This document shows positions 1-7,052 of a stretch of 64,000 nt of DNA, one piece after another (position 1 is the first letter of the stretch; the number at the start of each line of letters is the position of its first letter). A program made the position numbers and the translations under genes. The notes beneath the pieces were generated by a model. That model was not told the DNA's origin, made no database searches, and was given only the letters and a program-made list of their open reading frames with translations. This DNA comes from Desulfovibrionales bacterium (GTDB lineage Bacteria > Desulfobacterota > Desulfovibrionia > Desulfovibrionales > Desulfomicrobiaceae). The stretch spans positions 2,060-66,059 of the forward strand of contig JAAYGN010000197.1 in NCBI GenBank assembly GCA_012727715.1. Reading direction: 5' to 3'.

Positions 1-281
1 CGAAGCACTCCCAATCCTTCACTTTCTTCATGAAAATCGTGATCACTTAAGTCTGTTATGACCACAGTATTGAGCATGGCATTGGCTGTAAGCAAATCAA
101 TTAAGAATTTCTTGTAATCTAAACCTGGCATCAGGCCATCCACCACCACCAAGGCCCAGGTTGCAGTACGAGCGGCTTGGACAATTTCAAGCCCTGAATC
201 CATCCACAAAATATCCATATCCAAACCTTGAGCAAAGGCCGCCAGGTCATCCTGACGCGCTGTTAAAACTACTGTCTGCAT
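1..281 (-). CDS. CheY-like receiver-fold protein (partial, runs off window start)
   Basis: Not in ORF track. ATG at 281 with SD GGAGGA gives MQTVVLTARQDDLAAFAQGLDMDILWMDSGLEIVQAARTATWALVVVDGLMPGLDYKKFL..., open to position 1. VVVDGLMPGLD resembles the receiver beta3-Asp loop. Confidence 0.6.
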   Translation of the reverse strand, partial: MQTVVLTARQDDLAAFAQGLDMDILWMDSGLEIVQAARTATWALVVVDGLMPGLDYKKFLIDLLTANAMLNTVVITDLSDHDFHEESEGLGVL

Positions 282-293
282 TAGTACTCCTCC

Positions 294-331
294 AATAAAA
301 AAACCGGGAGTTCTGGTAATGAACCACCCGG
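294..331 (-). terminator. Rho-independent terminator after ORP operon
   Basis: Minus-strand hairpin CCGGGTGGTTC/GAACTCCCGG followed by a T-tract (A-run 294-303 on +). Confidence 0.6.
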
Positions 332-371
332 CTGTAGTAAAAAACTCATGTCGTCCTGCCGCACCATCCAA

Positions 372-462
372 GTCATGGCAAAGGAAGCAGCGCAACAGCG
401 AAGCGAGGCCATCCAGACTTTTCCTGGATTCCTCGACTCCACTGCGTTTCGCGCGGAATGAC
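372..462. repeat. GTCAT...ATGAC palindromic REP-like element, copy 1
   Basis: Termini GTCAT/ATGAC, internal ATCCAG...CTGGAT hairpin and GCGAAGCG-type motif; same architecture as 8081-8192. Confidence 0.7.
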
Positions 463-518
463 ACGTTGAATATGCACCACCTAGGTCACCCTGCGTACAA
501 TGACGCTAAAACCTTGGG

Positions 519-905
519 CTAGGGATGTCCGCCCCCACCACCACAGGTTTGCTCCGGGGTAAAACGCACCAAAGCACCCTTGAGCAAGGCTTCCACTGCT
601 GCACCCACATTAGGCGCACCTGCACCATAAAAAACATCAATGCCCACCTGATTAAAGCCCATCAAAGGGCGCATACCCATGCCACCAGCAATAAGAGTGG
701 TGACCTTGTTTTCTGCCAGATAATTAACCGGGGCCATACAACCGCCCTGCACATGGGGCACATTGGGCAAGGTGCTTATTTCCACCACAGCCCCATCATT
801 CACTTCAATAATGGTGTACAGGTCACAATGTCCAAAATGGGCACCAACTTCTGCTTCAAGGCCTCCGGGTTGGGCCGAAGGGACAGCAATTTTTCCTTTG
901 TCCAT
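519..905 (-). CDS. NifB/NifX (dinitrogenase FeMo-co biosynthesis) family protein
   Basis: KIAVPS...HFGHC...GGC...LIAGGMG motifs; C-terminus CGGGGGHP. Confidence 0.85.
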   Translation of the reverse strand: MDKGKIAVPSAQPGGLEAEVGAHFGHCDLYTIIEVNDGAVVEISTLPNVPHVQGGCMAPVNYLAENKVTTLIAGGMGMRPLMGFNQVGIDVFYGAGAPNVGAAVEALLKGALVRFTPEQTCGGGGGHP

Positions 906-915
906 ACAATCTCCT

Positions 916-1788
916 TTATTTCTCTATAAGCCTGGTAATGGCTTCCCAGATCGTGCGGACCTGGTCAGCAAAATTTGTTGTCTCCACTTCTGTTACTGCC
1001 TTGCCTTGAATCATGGCTTCGGTGACCACAGGATCATGAGGCAATTGACCAACCAGAGTATAGCCTCTGTCCTGACATAGCTGGGTAATTTTTTGGCTAT
1101 GCCCAAGATTTAAGTCATACTTATTAATAATGACCGCCACCTGAATGCGAAAATGCTCGCACAACTGAGCCACACGCTGCAAATCATGCACCCCGGAAGG
1201 AGTAGGTTCTGTAACAATAACTGCCAAATGCGCCTGGGACAAGGAACTGATGACCGGACAGCCAATGCCTGGTGAACCATCACAAAGCACAAGATCAGCA
1301 CCGATTTTTTCTGCTTCCAGGCGAGCTTCTTTTTTCAGCAAACTCACCAGACGCCCGGAATTTTCCTGGCCAGGAAAAAGCTGGGCGTGGACCATGGGAC
1401 CAAAACGGGTTTGGCTTTTATACCACGTGCCACAATGACGATCAGGAAAAGCAATGGCCTGTTCCGGGCAAAAAGTCACACAGACCTTGCACCCCTCACA
1501 CTCCAGAGGGTTAATGCTACAGGTAGCCTGTTGATCAATAACTGCCCCAAAACGACACATCTCCAGGCAAGTACCACACCCTGTACAGCGATCCTGATCA
1601 ATAATGGCGATGTGACCAGAAATAAAGGCATGTTCTTCCAAAACGCGTGGGGCCAACAAAAGGTGCAGATCTGGTGCATCCACATCCAGATCACAAATAA
1701 CCTTGTTCTGGGCTAAATGTGCAAAGGCAGCTGTAAGTGAAGTCTTGCCTGTGCCCCCCTTACCACTAATAATGACCACCTCACGCAT
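916..1788 (-). CDS. MinD-superfamily P-loop ATPase with inserted 2x[4Fe-4S] ferredoxin (COG1149, Orp3/4-like)
   Basis: SGKGGTGKT, DLDVDAPDLHL, CTGCGTC...CEGCKVC; start moved to ATG 1788, which overlaps the upstream stop (ATGCGTGA). Confidence 0.9.
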   Translation of the reverse strand: MREVVIISGKGGTGKTSLTAAFAHLAQNKVICDLDVDAPDLHLLLAPRVLEEHAFISGHIAIIDQDRCTGCGTCLEMCRFGAVIDQQATCSINPLECEGCKVCVTFCPEQAIAFPDRHCGTWYKSQTRFGPMVHAQLFPGQENSGRLVSLLKKEARLEAEKIGADLVLCDGSPGIGCPVISSLSQAHLAVIVTEPTPSGVHDLQRVAQLCEHFRIQVAVIINKYDLNLGHSQKITQLCQDRGYTLVGQLPHDPVVTEAMIQGKAVTEVETTNFADQVRTIWEAITRLIEK

Positions 1789-2647
1789 AAGCTCCCCCAT
1801 TCATTGCTCGTAGCCTGTCGCGCAAGGCCACAAAACTTTCCCCCAAGGCCGCGTCAAGTTCCGATAAAATCAAGCCCTGGGCATAATGCTCGGCAATGTC
1901 CCGTCGAAAAGGAATTTCAGCCAAGACCGGGAGCTTTTTTTCCTTGCAAAAGTCATAGACCCGGGTATCGCCCAAACCAGCCCGATTAATAACCACAGCC
2001 ATGGGTTTACCCAATGGCGAAAAGGCTTCCCAAGCCAGGGTAAAATCATAAAATCCAAAGGGCGTGGGTTCAGTGACCAGCACAATAATATCACTATCAG
2101 CCACGGCACTCATGGCTGGGCAACTCACTCCTGGAGGAGCGTCAATGAGTACATCAGCACCATTTTTGGCGACTTCCTGGTGCATGGCCAGGCGCACAAA
2201 ATTCATCAAGGGAGGACTCATGGCCTCGCCAATGCGCAGCCGTCCGGTCAAGGTTACAATATGTCCTCTGCTGACACCCTGTTCCATGACTCCCAGCTCT
2301 CGCTGGCCAGTGGCAATGGCCTGTTCCGGACAAATGGCCATACATCCTCCGCAACCATGACACATTTCTGGAAAAGTCATGATCAATTTCCCCATCAGAG
2401 TAATGGCCTTGAACTGACAAAGTTCCGCACAGAGCCCACACCTGGTGCACTTGCTTTCATCCACTATAGGAATGGGCAAAGTGGCTATTCTCGTTTTTTG
2501 CATCTCGGGATGCAAAAAAAGATGCACATTGGGCTCATCCACATCAAGATCAGCAACAACCAAAGGACGGTCCCAGACCACAGCCAAAGAAGTGGTTACT
2601 GAGGTCTTGCCTGTTCCTCCTTTGCCACTGGCAACAGCAACAATCAT
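1781..2647 (-). CDS. Second COG1149 Fe-S P-loop ATPase (Orp3/4-like)
   Basis: SGKGGTGKT, DLDVDEPNVHL, CTRCGLC...CHGCGGC, DAPPGVSCP. Confidence 0.9.
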   Translation of the reverse strand: MIVAVASGKGGTGKTSVTTSLAVVWDRPLVVADLDVDEPNVHLFLHPEMQKTRIATLPIPIVDESKCTRCGLCAELCQFKAITLMGKLIMTFPEMCHGCGGCMAICPEQAIATGQRELGVMEQGVSRGHIVTLTGRLRIGEAMSPPLMNFVRLAMHQEVAKNGADVLIDAPPGVSCPAMSAVADSDIIVLVTEPTPFGFYDFTLAWEAFSPLGKPMAVVINRAGLGDTRVYDFCKEKKLPVLAEIPFRRDIAEHYAQGLILSELDAALGESFVALRDRLRAMNGGAYA

Positions 2648-2655
2648 AGTCTATC

Positions 2656-3342
2656 CTATTTATTGGGAGTATCAGCAAAGGCCACTTGGCCTGACTTGTA
2701 GAGTTCTACAGCCTCACCCACCGTCATATTACCCAGGTCTTGACCTATTTTAATACCAGCTGCTTGCAGAGCTGCAAAAGCCTTGGGGCCAACAAATCCG
2801 GTCAAAACCACACCTGCTCCCGCATTAACAATATTTTCCGCAGCCTGAATACCTGCCCCATGGGACATGGCCTGAGACGAGCCGTTGTCCACATAGCTGG
2901 TGGCCATGGTCTCAAGATCAACAATGACAAAACCTCCAGCCCGGCCAAAGCGGGGATCAACCCTGTCTGTCAATTGTGGTCCTTCACTGGTAATGGCAAT
3001 CTTGGTCATGGACAACTCCTTGATACGGTCCGTTGTACGGTCCGGTTGTTGTTGTAGCGAGGAAAGCTCGTTTTCAATGCGTAGAGCCATGCCCTCCACC
3101 AGGGCCCTGGCAAGAGTTCGCCTGGCCTCAGCTAAAATACGTCCAAAGGTATGGCGAGAAATACCCATACGTAAGGCTCCCTCGCCCATGGTCAAGCCCT
3201 GGTGATCTGCCAATCGTAAAGCCTCAAACCCATCCAGGGTCATATAGACTTCAGTCAGATCTCCCAAGGGAATCCCACGCGGTTTAAAACAGCGTGCCAC
3301 GGGGCGTCCTGCAATTTGTCGGCATTTTCTGGGACGCGACAT
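2656..3342 (-). CDS. DUF134 (HTH) domain fused in frame to Orange-protein (ORP, NifB/NifX family) domain
   Basis: N-terminal MSRPRKCR...FKPRGIP...EALRLAD...MGISRHTFGRIL is DUF134. C-terminal KIAITSEG...VDPRFGRAGGF...SHGAGIQAA...LTGFVGPKAFAALQAAGIK...PNK resembles Desulfovibrio ORP as I recall it. Internal SD AAGGAG precedes ATG 3009. Confidence 0.85.
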   Translation of the reverse strand: MSRPRKCRQIAGRPVARCFKPRGIPLGDLTEVYMTLDGFEALRLADHQGLTMGEGALRMGISRHTFGRILAEARRTLARALVEGMALRIENELSSLQQQPDRTTDRIKELSMTKIAITSEGPQLTDRVDPRFGRAGGFVIVDLETMATSYVDNGSSQAMSHGAGIQAAENIVNAGAGVVLTGFVGPKAFAALQAAGIKIGQDLGNMTVGEAVELYKSGQVAFADTPNK

Positions 3343-3354
3343 GACTCCTCCTTT

Positions 3355-3395
3355 TGCTCAAATGAGCATTTATACCCCAGTTTTTTACCTGTCAA
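3355..3395 (-). promoter_or_regulatory. Putative sigma70 promoter and palindromic operator for the ORP operon
   Basis: TTGACA (3395-3390), TATAAA (3374-3369, spacer only 15) and palindrome TGCTCA-AA-TGAGCA (3355-3368) just before the SD. Confidence 0.55.
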
Positions 3396-3424
3396 CACTC
3401 TGGTAAAAAATCTTTCCTGATTTT

Positions 3425-3715
3425 TTAGTCATGACCTGGCCCAAGCTCAATACGAATGGCCAATCCCTGACAAAGGGCCTGGGCCACCTGGGTGCGGCCC
3501 TGCCCCAAGATACGACACAAAGTAGAGCGGGAAACTCCCATGATCTCAGCAGCTTCTTCCTGACTTAAGCCCAGAGCATCCACCAGGCGCAGGGCTTCAA
3601 AGGCATCAAGCTCCACCACCACTCCAGCCAGCTTGGCCCTGGGTACGCCCTGGGGCCTAAAAAGGGTGGAGACAGGTTTGCCACTAATATTTCGAGGTTT
3701 TGGTCTGCGCGCCAT
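3425..3715 (-). CDS. Stand-alone DUF134 domain protein (putative DNA-binding regulator)
   Basis: MARRPKPR...FRPQGVP...EALRLVD..GLSQEEAAEIMGVSRSTLCRIL; SD AAGGAG. Confidence 0.85.
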   Translation of the reverse strand: MARRPKPRNISGKPVSTLFRPQGVPRAKLAGVVVELDAFEALRLVDALGLSQEEAAEIMGVSRSTLCRILGQGRTQVAQALCQGLAIRIELGPGHD

Positions 3716-3724
3716 CTGGCCTCC

Positions 3725-3772
3725 TTATTATGAAATTAATTTCATTATAAAGATGGATAAATCTCTCGTCAA
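3725..3772 (-). promoter_or_regulatory. sigma70 promoter overlapped by a perfect 16-bp palindrome
   Basis: TTGACG (3772-3767)-17 nt-TATAAT (3749-3744); ATGAAATTAATTTCAT at 3730-3745 overlaps the -10/+1 region. Confidence 0.75.
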
Positions 3773-4216
3773 GAAGGGCCAGGGAAGTATTCATGCACCA
3801 AGGCATGACCAGTGTAGAACGACGATCCATCTTCTTGTCTCAAACTTTCTGACTCCTCTCATAATAGGGCAGGTGCGCTGCCCCTGACCCGCTGATGACA
3901 ACAAAATTATGGCTCTGTCATGCTGCACGTAGTTGCAACATCCATGATTTCTATATTTTTTGGGATGATATCGGCCTGCCGCCCTTTGTTGGCAATTTTT
4001 GTCAGGACTTGTTGGAATTCCATCTGTGTTGTTCAAGAGATAAGCAATGGAACAATTAACAAAATATCATGACATAACAAATAGATACAGTGATTTTTAA
4101 AAGTAATGTCTTCCAGCCGTGGACGTGTACTACCTTTTACTTTATAAATGTATTTTCTACTTCAAGGATTCACCGACCTGCACAAAAATATATCGGTTAG
4201 CGCAAGAAGGATTTCA

Positions 4217-5068
4217 ATGATCGCGATTGTTGGCATATTTGTTGTTATTGGTTGCATTGTTGGTGGTTACCTTATGGAGGGTGGCAACCTCAGTGTTCTA
4301 TGGCAGCCCGCAGAATTTGTTATTATTTTAGGTTCAGCCCTGGGTACCTTTCTTATTGCTTCACCCCTTAAGGTCGTCAAACAAACAATGAAAGGTTTTT
4401 CCAGTGCCTTTACTGTCAAAACTCCTGGAAAAAATGAATACATCCAACTTCTTCGGGTTCTGTATGACTTGTTAGCTCTGGCCAAACATGAAGGCATCAT
4501 TGCCCTGGAAAGCCACGCCAACAATCCCAGAGAAAGTACTATCTTTGGTCCCTATCCCTTTGTTTTAAAAAACAATCATCTTTTGAATTTTATTTGTGAT
4601 AACGTGAAGACTTATGCCATGGCGGGTATGGAACCCCATGAATTTGAAACAGTCATGGACATTGATATTGACACCTTGCATGAAGAAGAACTTGTCCCAG
4701 CTGGTTCCATCAACAAGATTAGTGACTCCCTGCCCGCTTTGGGTATTGTGGCCTGCGTTTTGGGTGTGGTGTTGACCATGGGCCAAATCAATGAGCCTCC
4801 AGAAGTTTTGGGACACCATATTGGTGCTGCTCTGGTGGGCACATTTTTAGGTATCCTGTCTGCCTATGGTTTTGTGGCTCCCTTTGCCACCAATGTGGAG
4901 CATCAGGTCCGAGACCAACATTCCCTGCTTATTGTCGCCAAAACAGCCCTCATGTCCTTTGCCCTGGGCTGGGCGCCAGTTTTGGCCCTGGAAGCTGCTC
5001 GTCGTGCGGTACCCAATTCCGTACGCCCCAGTTTTGAAGAATTGGAAAGCGCAGTACGCAATAAGTAA
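4217..5068 (+). CDS. motA: Flagellar motor stator protein MotA
   Basis: GGYLMEGGNL..LWQPAEFVIILG, DSLPALGIVACVLGVV, GAALVGTFLGILSAYG; start moved to ATG 4217 (SD AAGGA). Confidence 0.92.
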   Translation: MIAIVGIFVVIGCIVGGYLMEGGNLSVLWQPAEFVIILGSALGTFLIASPLKVVKQTMKGFSSAFTVKTPGKNEYIQLLRVLYDLLALAKHEGIIALESHANNPRESTIFGPYPFVLKNNHLLNFICDNVKTYAMAGMEPHEFETVMDIDIDTLHEEELVPAGSINKISDSLPALGIVACVLGVVLTMGQINEPPEVLGHHIGAALVGTFLGILSAYGFVAPFATNVEHQVRDQHSLLIVAKTALMSFALGWAPVLALEAARRAVPNSVRPSFEELESAVRNK

Positions 5069-5092
5069 GCACAGGGTCAGAGCCTTAGAGAT

Positions 5093-5959
5093 ATGAGCGA
5101 AAAGAAAGTTATTATTATTAAAAAAATTAAAAAGGGTGGCCATGCCCACCATGGTGGAGCGTGGAAAATTGCCTACGCTGACCTGGTCACAGCCTTGATG
5201 GCTTTTTTTTTGCTTATGTGGCTTTTAAATACTTTGTCCGACGAAACCAAAGAACAATTGGCCGTGTACTTTCAAGAATACTCTGTCTTTGATGGTCCTC
5301 CTGCCTCCTTAAGTATTGATCCTGGTGGATCTCCTGTCTCCATTCAGGACCAAATAACACCCCCAGTTCTGCCTGAACAGCCAGAAGTCCTGCATGCTGA
5401 AGGCAAATCCCAAGAAGAAATTTTAAGGGAAGCCATGGCCAAAATGATTGAAGAAAAACTGGCTGCCTACAAAGAAGAACTCATGATTGATGTCTTTGAA
5501 AGCGGTGTCCGGATTCAAATGTTAGAAAGTCAGGGCAAGCCTTTTTTTGGATCAGGTAGTGCCCACCCCACAGATGATGCCCGCCAAGTGCTTAAGGTCA
5601 TAGCTGACACAGTGCGTGACATGCCCCAACTTTTAGCTGTAGAAGGACATACAGACTCCAAGCCGTTGGGGGGCAAAAATTCCCGCTATACCAACTGGGA
5701 ATTGTCCACTGACCGTGCCTCTTCAGCTCGGCTGGTGTTGGAAGAATTTGGCATTGCCTCCAAACGTATGGTGCGGGTGGCTGGGTATGCTGATACTCAG
5801 CCGCTCATTGTCGAAAATTCCGAAGATCCACGCAATCGCCGGGTCAGCATCTTGCTTTTTAATCCTCCTGAAGAACATAAAAATCATACTCCTCCAAAAG
5901 CCTTGGAGGTGACTCCTTTGCCCAGTGGGAGTGAAGGGCTGATCCTGCCCAGCTACTGA
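5093..5959 (+). CDS. motB: Flagellar motor stator protein MotB (OmpA-like PG-binding domain)
   Basis: HGGAWKIAYADLVTALMAFF plug/TM with conserved Asp; VEGHTD, NWELSTDRA, NRRVSI. Confidence 0.92.
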   Translation: MSEKKVIIIKKIKKGGHAHHGGAWKIAYADLVTALMAFFLLMWLLNTLSDETKEQLAVYFQEYSVFDGPPASLSIDPGGSPVSIQDQITPPVLPEQPEVLHAEGKSQEEILREAMAKMIEEKLAAYKEELMIDVFESGVRIQMLESQGKPFFGSGSAHPTDDARQVLKVIADTVRDMPQLLAVEGHTDSKPLGGKNSRYTNWELSTDRASSARLVLEEFGIASKRMVRVAGYADTQPLIVENSEDPRNRRVSILLFNPPEEHKNHTPPKALEVTPLPSGSEGLILPSY

Positions 5960-6006
5960 TCCACACCCTGGGGGTCCATATCTGTTAGAGCTTCTTAAAA
6001 ATAGTT

Positions 6007-6750
6007 CTATTTCTCTAAAATATCTGCATATTTTATGGCTGTTAGCCCTGCATCCAGAGTCAGGGTCGTACAGGCCAGACCCAGGGCCTGATCTGAAAGT
6101 AAAAAACAAAGGGTATGCGTCGCCTGAGTGATGGTCACCACTTTATGGGCCAGCTGCTGACGGTACCCTTTATTATCCAAAAATACTTTTCCCCGCCCAG
6201 CATCCACAAGTCCCAAGCGTACACTGACACTGGTAATGCCACGGCTACCCAGCTCCACTCCCATACTCAAATAAAAAGATTCTGCCGCTCTTTTGGCTGA
6301 GGCATAAAACCCCTGACCAGGACCGGGACAGGACGCAGCCACAGAGGAAACATGAACCAAACGCCCAAAACCTGTACTCATCATGGACCGCACCAATGTT
6401 TTTACAATGGCCAAACGACGGGTCACATGGGCGGTAAAATATGCTTCTGCCTGAGACATATTTGCTGCCGCAAGTAGTCCCTCATAATCAGCGTGGGCCA
6501 AATCAATAAGGTAATCTGGGCTTGTTCCCAACAAAGTTGGAAATTGCTCCACACTGGCCTGATCAAAAAAATCCAAGGAGATAGCTTTAAGGTCTGGGAA
6601 TCGAGCGGCAATACGTTTTTGGCCTTGAGATGAACAATAGGTAGGAATGACCTTAAGCCCTTGAGTCAAAAGCAAATCCACAAGGGCCAGGCCGAGGGAA
6701 GAACTGCCCCCCAAAACCAGGACACGCTGCCCACTATAGCTTAAACGCAT
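6007..6750 (-). CDS. SDR family oxidoreductase, FabG-like 3-oxoacyl-ACP reductase
   Basis: VLVLGGSSSLG Rossmann motif, GRLVHVSS, YASAK catalytic YxxxK; start moved to ATG 6750. Confidence 0.8.
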   Translation of the reverse strand: MRLSYSGQRVLVLGGSSSLGLALVDLLLTQGLKVIPTYCSSQGQKRIAARFPDLKAISLDFFDQASVEQFPTLLGTSPDYLIDLAHADYEGLLAAANMSQAEAYFTAHVTRRLAIVKTLVRSMMSTGFGRLVHVSSVAASCPGPGQGFYASAKRAAESFYLSMGVELGSRGITSVSVRLGLVDAGRGKVFLDNKGYRQQLAHKVVTITQATHTLCFLLSDQALGLACTTLTLDAGLTAIKYADILEK

Positions 6751-7052
6751 AATGCTATACTTCCTTGGGCAAAAACCAGTGCGCCCTGGGACAGAGTACA
6801 CCGAAACACATTATTGTCTGGGATAATGGATAAAACATAGGCACCTGGATCTGCAAAACGAAGAAAAGAAAAACGCTCAACAGCCAAGGTTTTACACGAG
6901 GTAATAGCGTGCAAGCAGTGCATACATAAGGCCAAAATATAGGTACCAGGCACCACTGGCTGAGCTGGAAAATGACCAATAAAGCAGGAATCTTCAGGAG
7001 CAAAGGTTATGGACCACTGCCATGGTGAGGACCCCAAAAGCTTCAAATCCAC
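6741..7052 (-). CDS. Hot-dog fold FabZ/ApeI-like dehydratase homologue
   Basis: FIGHFPAQPVVPG motif; overlaps both neighbours by 10 nt. Confidence 0.7.
   Translation of the reverse strand: MDLKLLGSSPWQWSITFAPEDSCFIGHFPAQPVVPGTYILALCMHCLHAITSCKTLAVERFSFLRFADPGAYVLSIIPDNNVFRCTLSQGALVFAQGSIALCV

Noticed and set aside
3896-3922. ATGACA-N15-TGTCAT inverted repeat as a NikR/ModE-type site
   Set aside because: Spacing does not match known motifs, and a 6-bp IR is expected by chance.
3791-4036. 81-aa minus-strand ORF with several Cys
   Set aside because: No SD and no recognisable motif; probably spurious.
3780-4216. Long intergenic region before motA with hairpin GGGCAG/CTGCCC and GCTGATGAC, suggesting a fluoride riboswitch, hammerhead or c-di-GMP riboswitch
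   Set aside because: The fluoride GAUGG/pseudoknot, the hammerhead GAAA-stem II and the c-di-GMP GGCAAA/GACGCAAA cores are absent. An Rfam scan would settle it.
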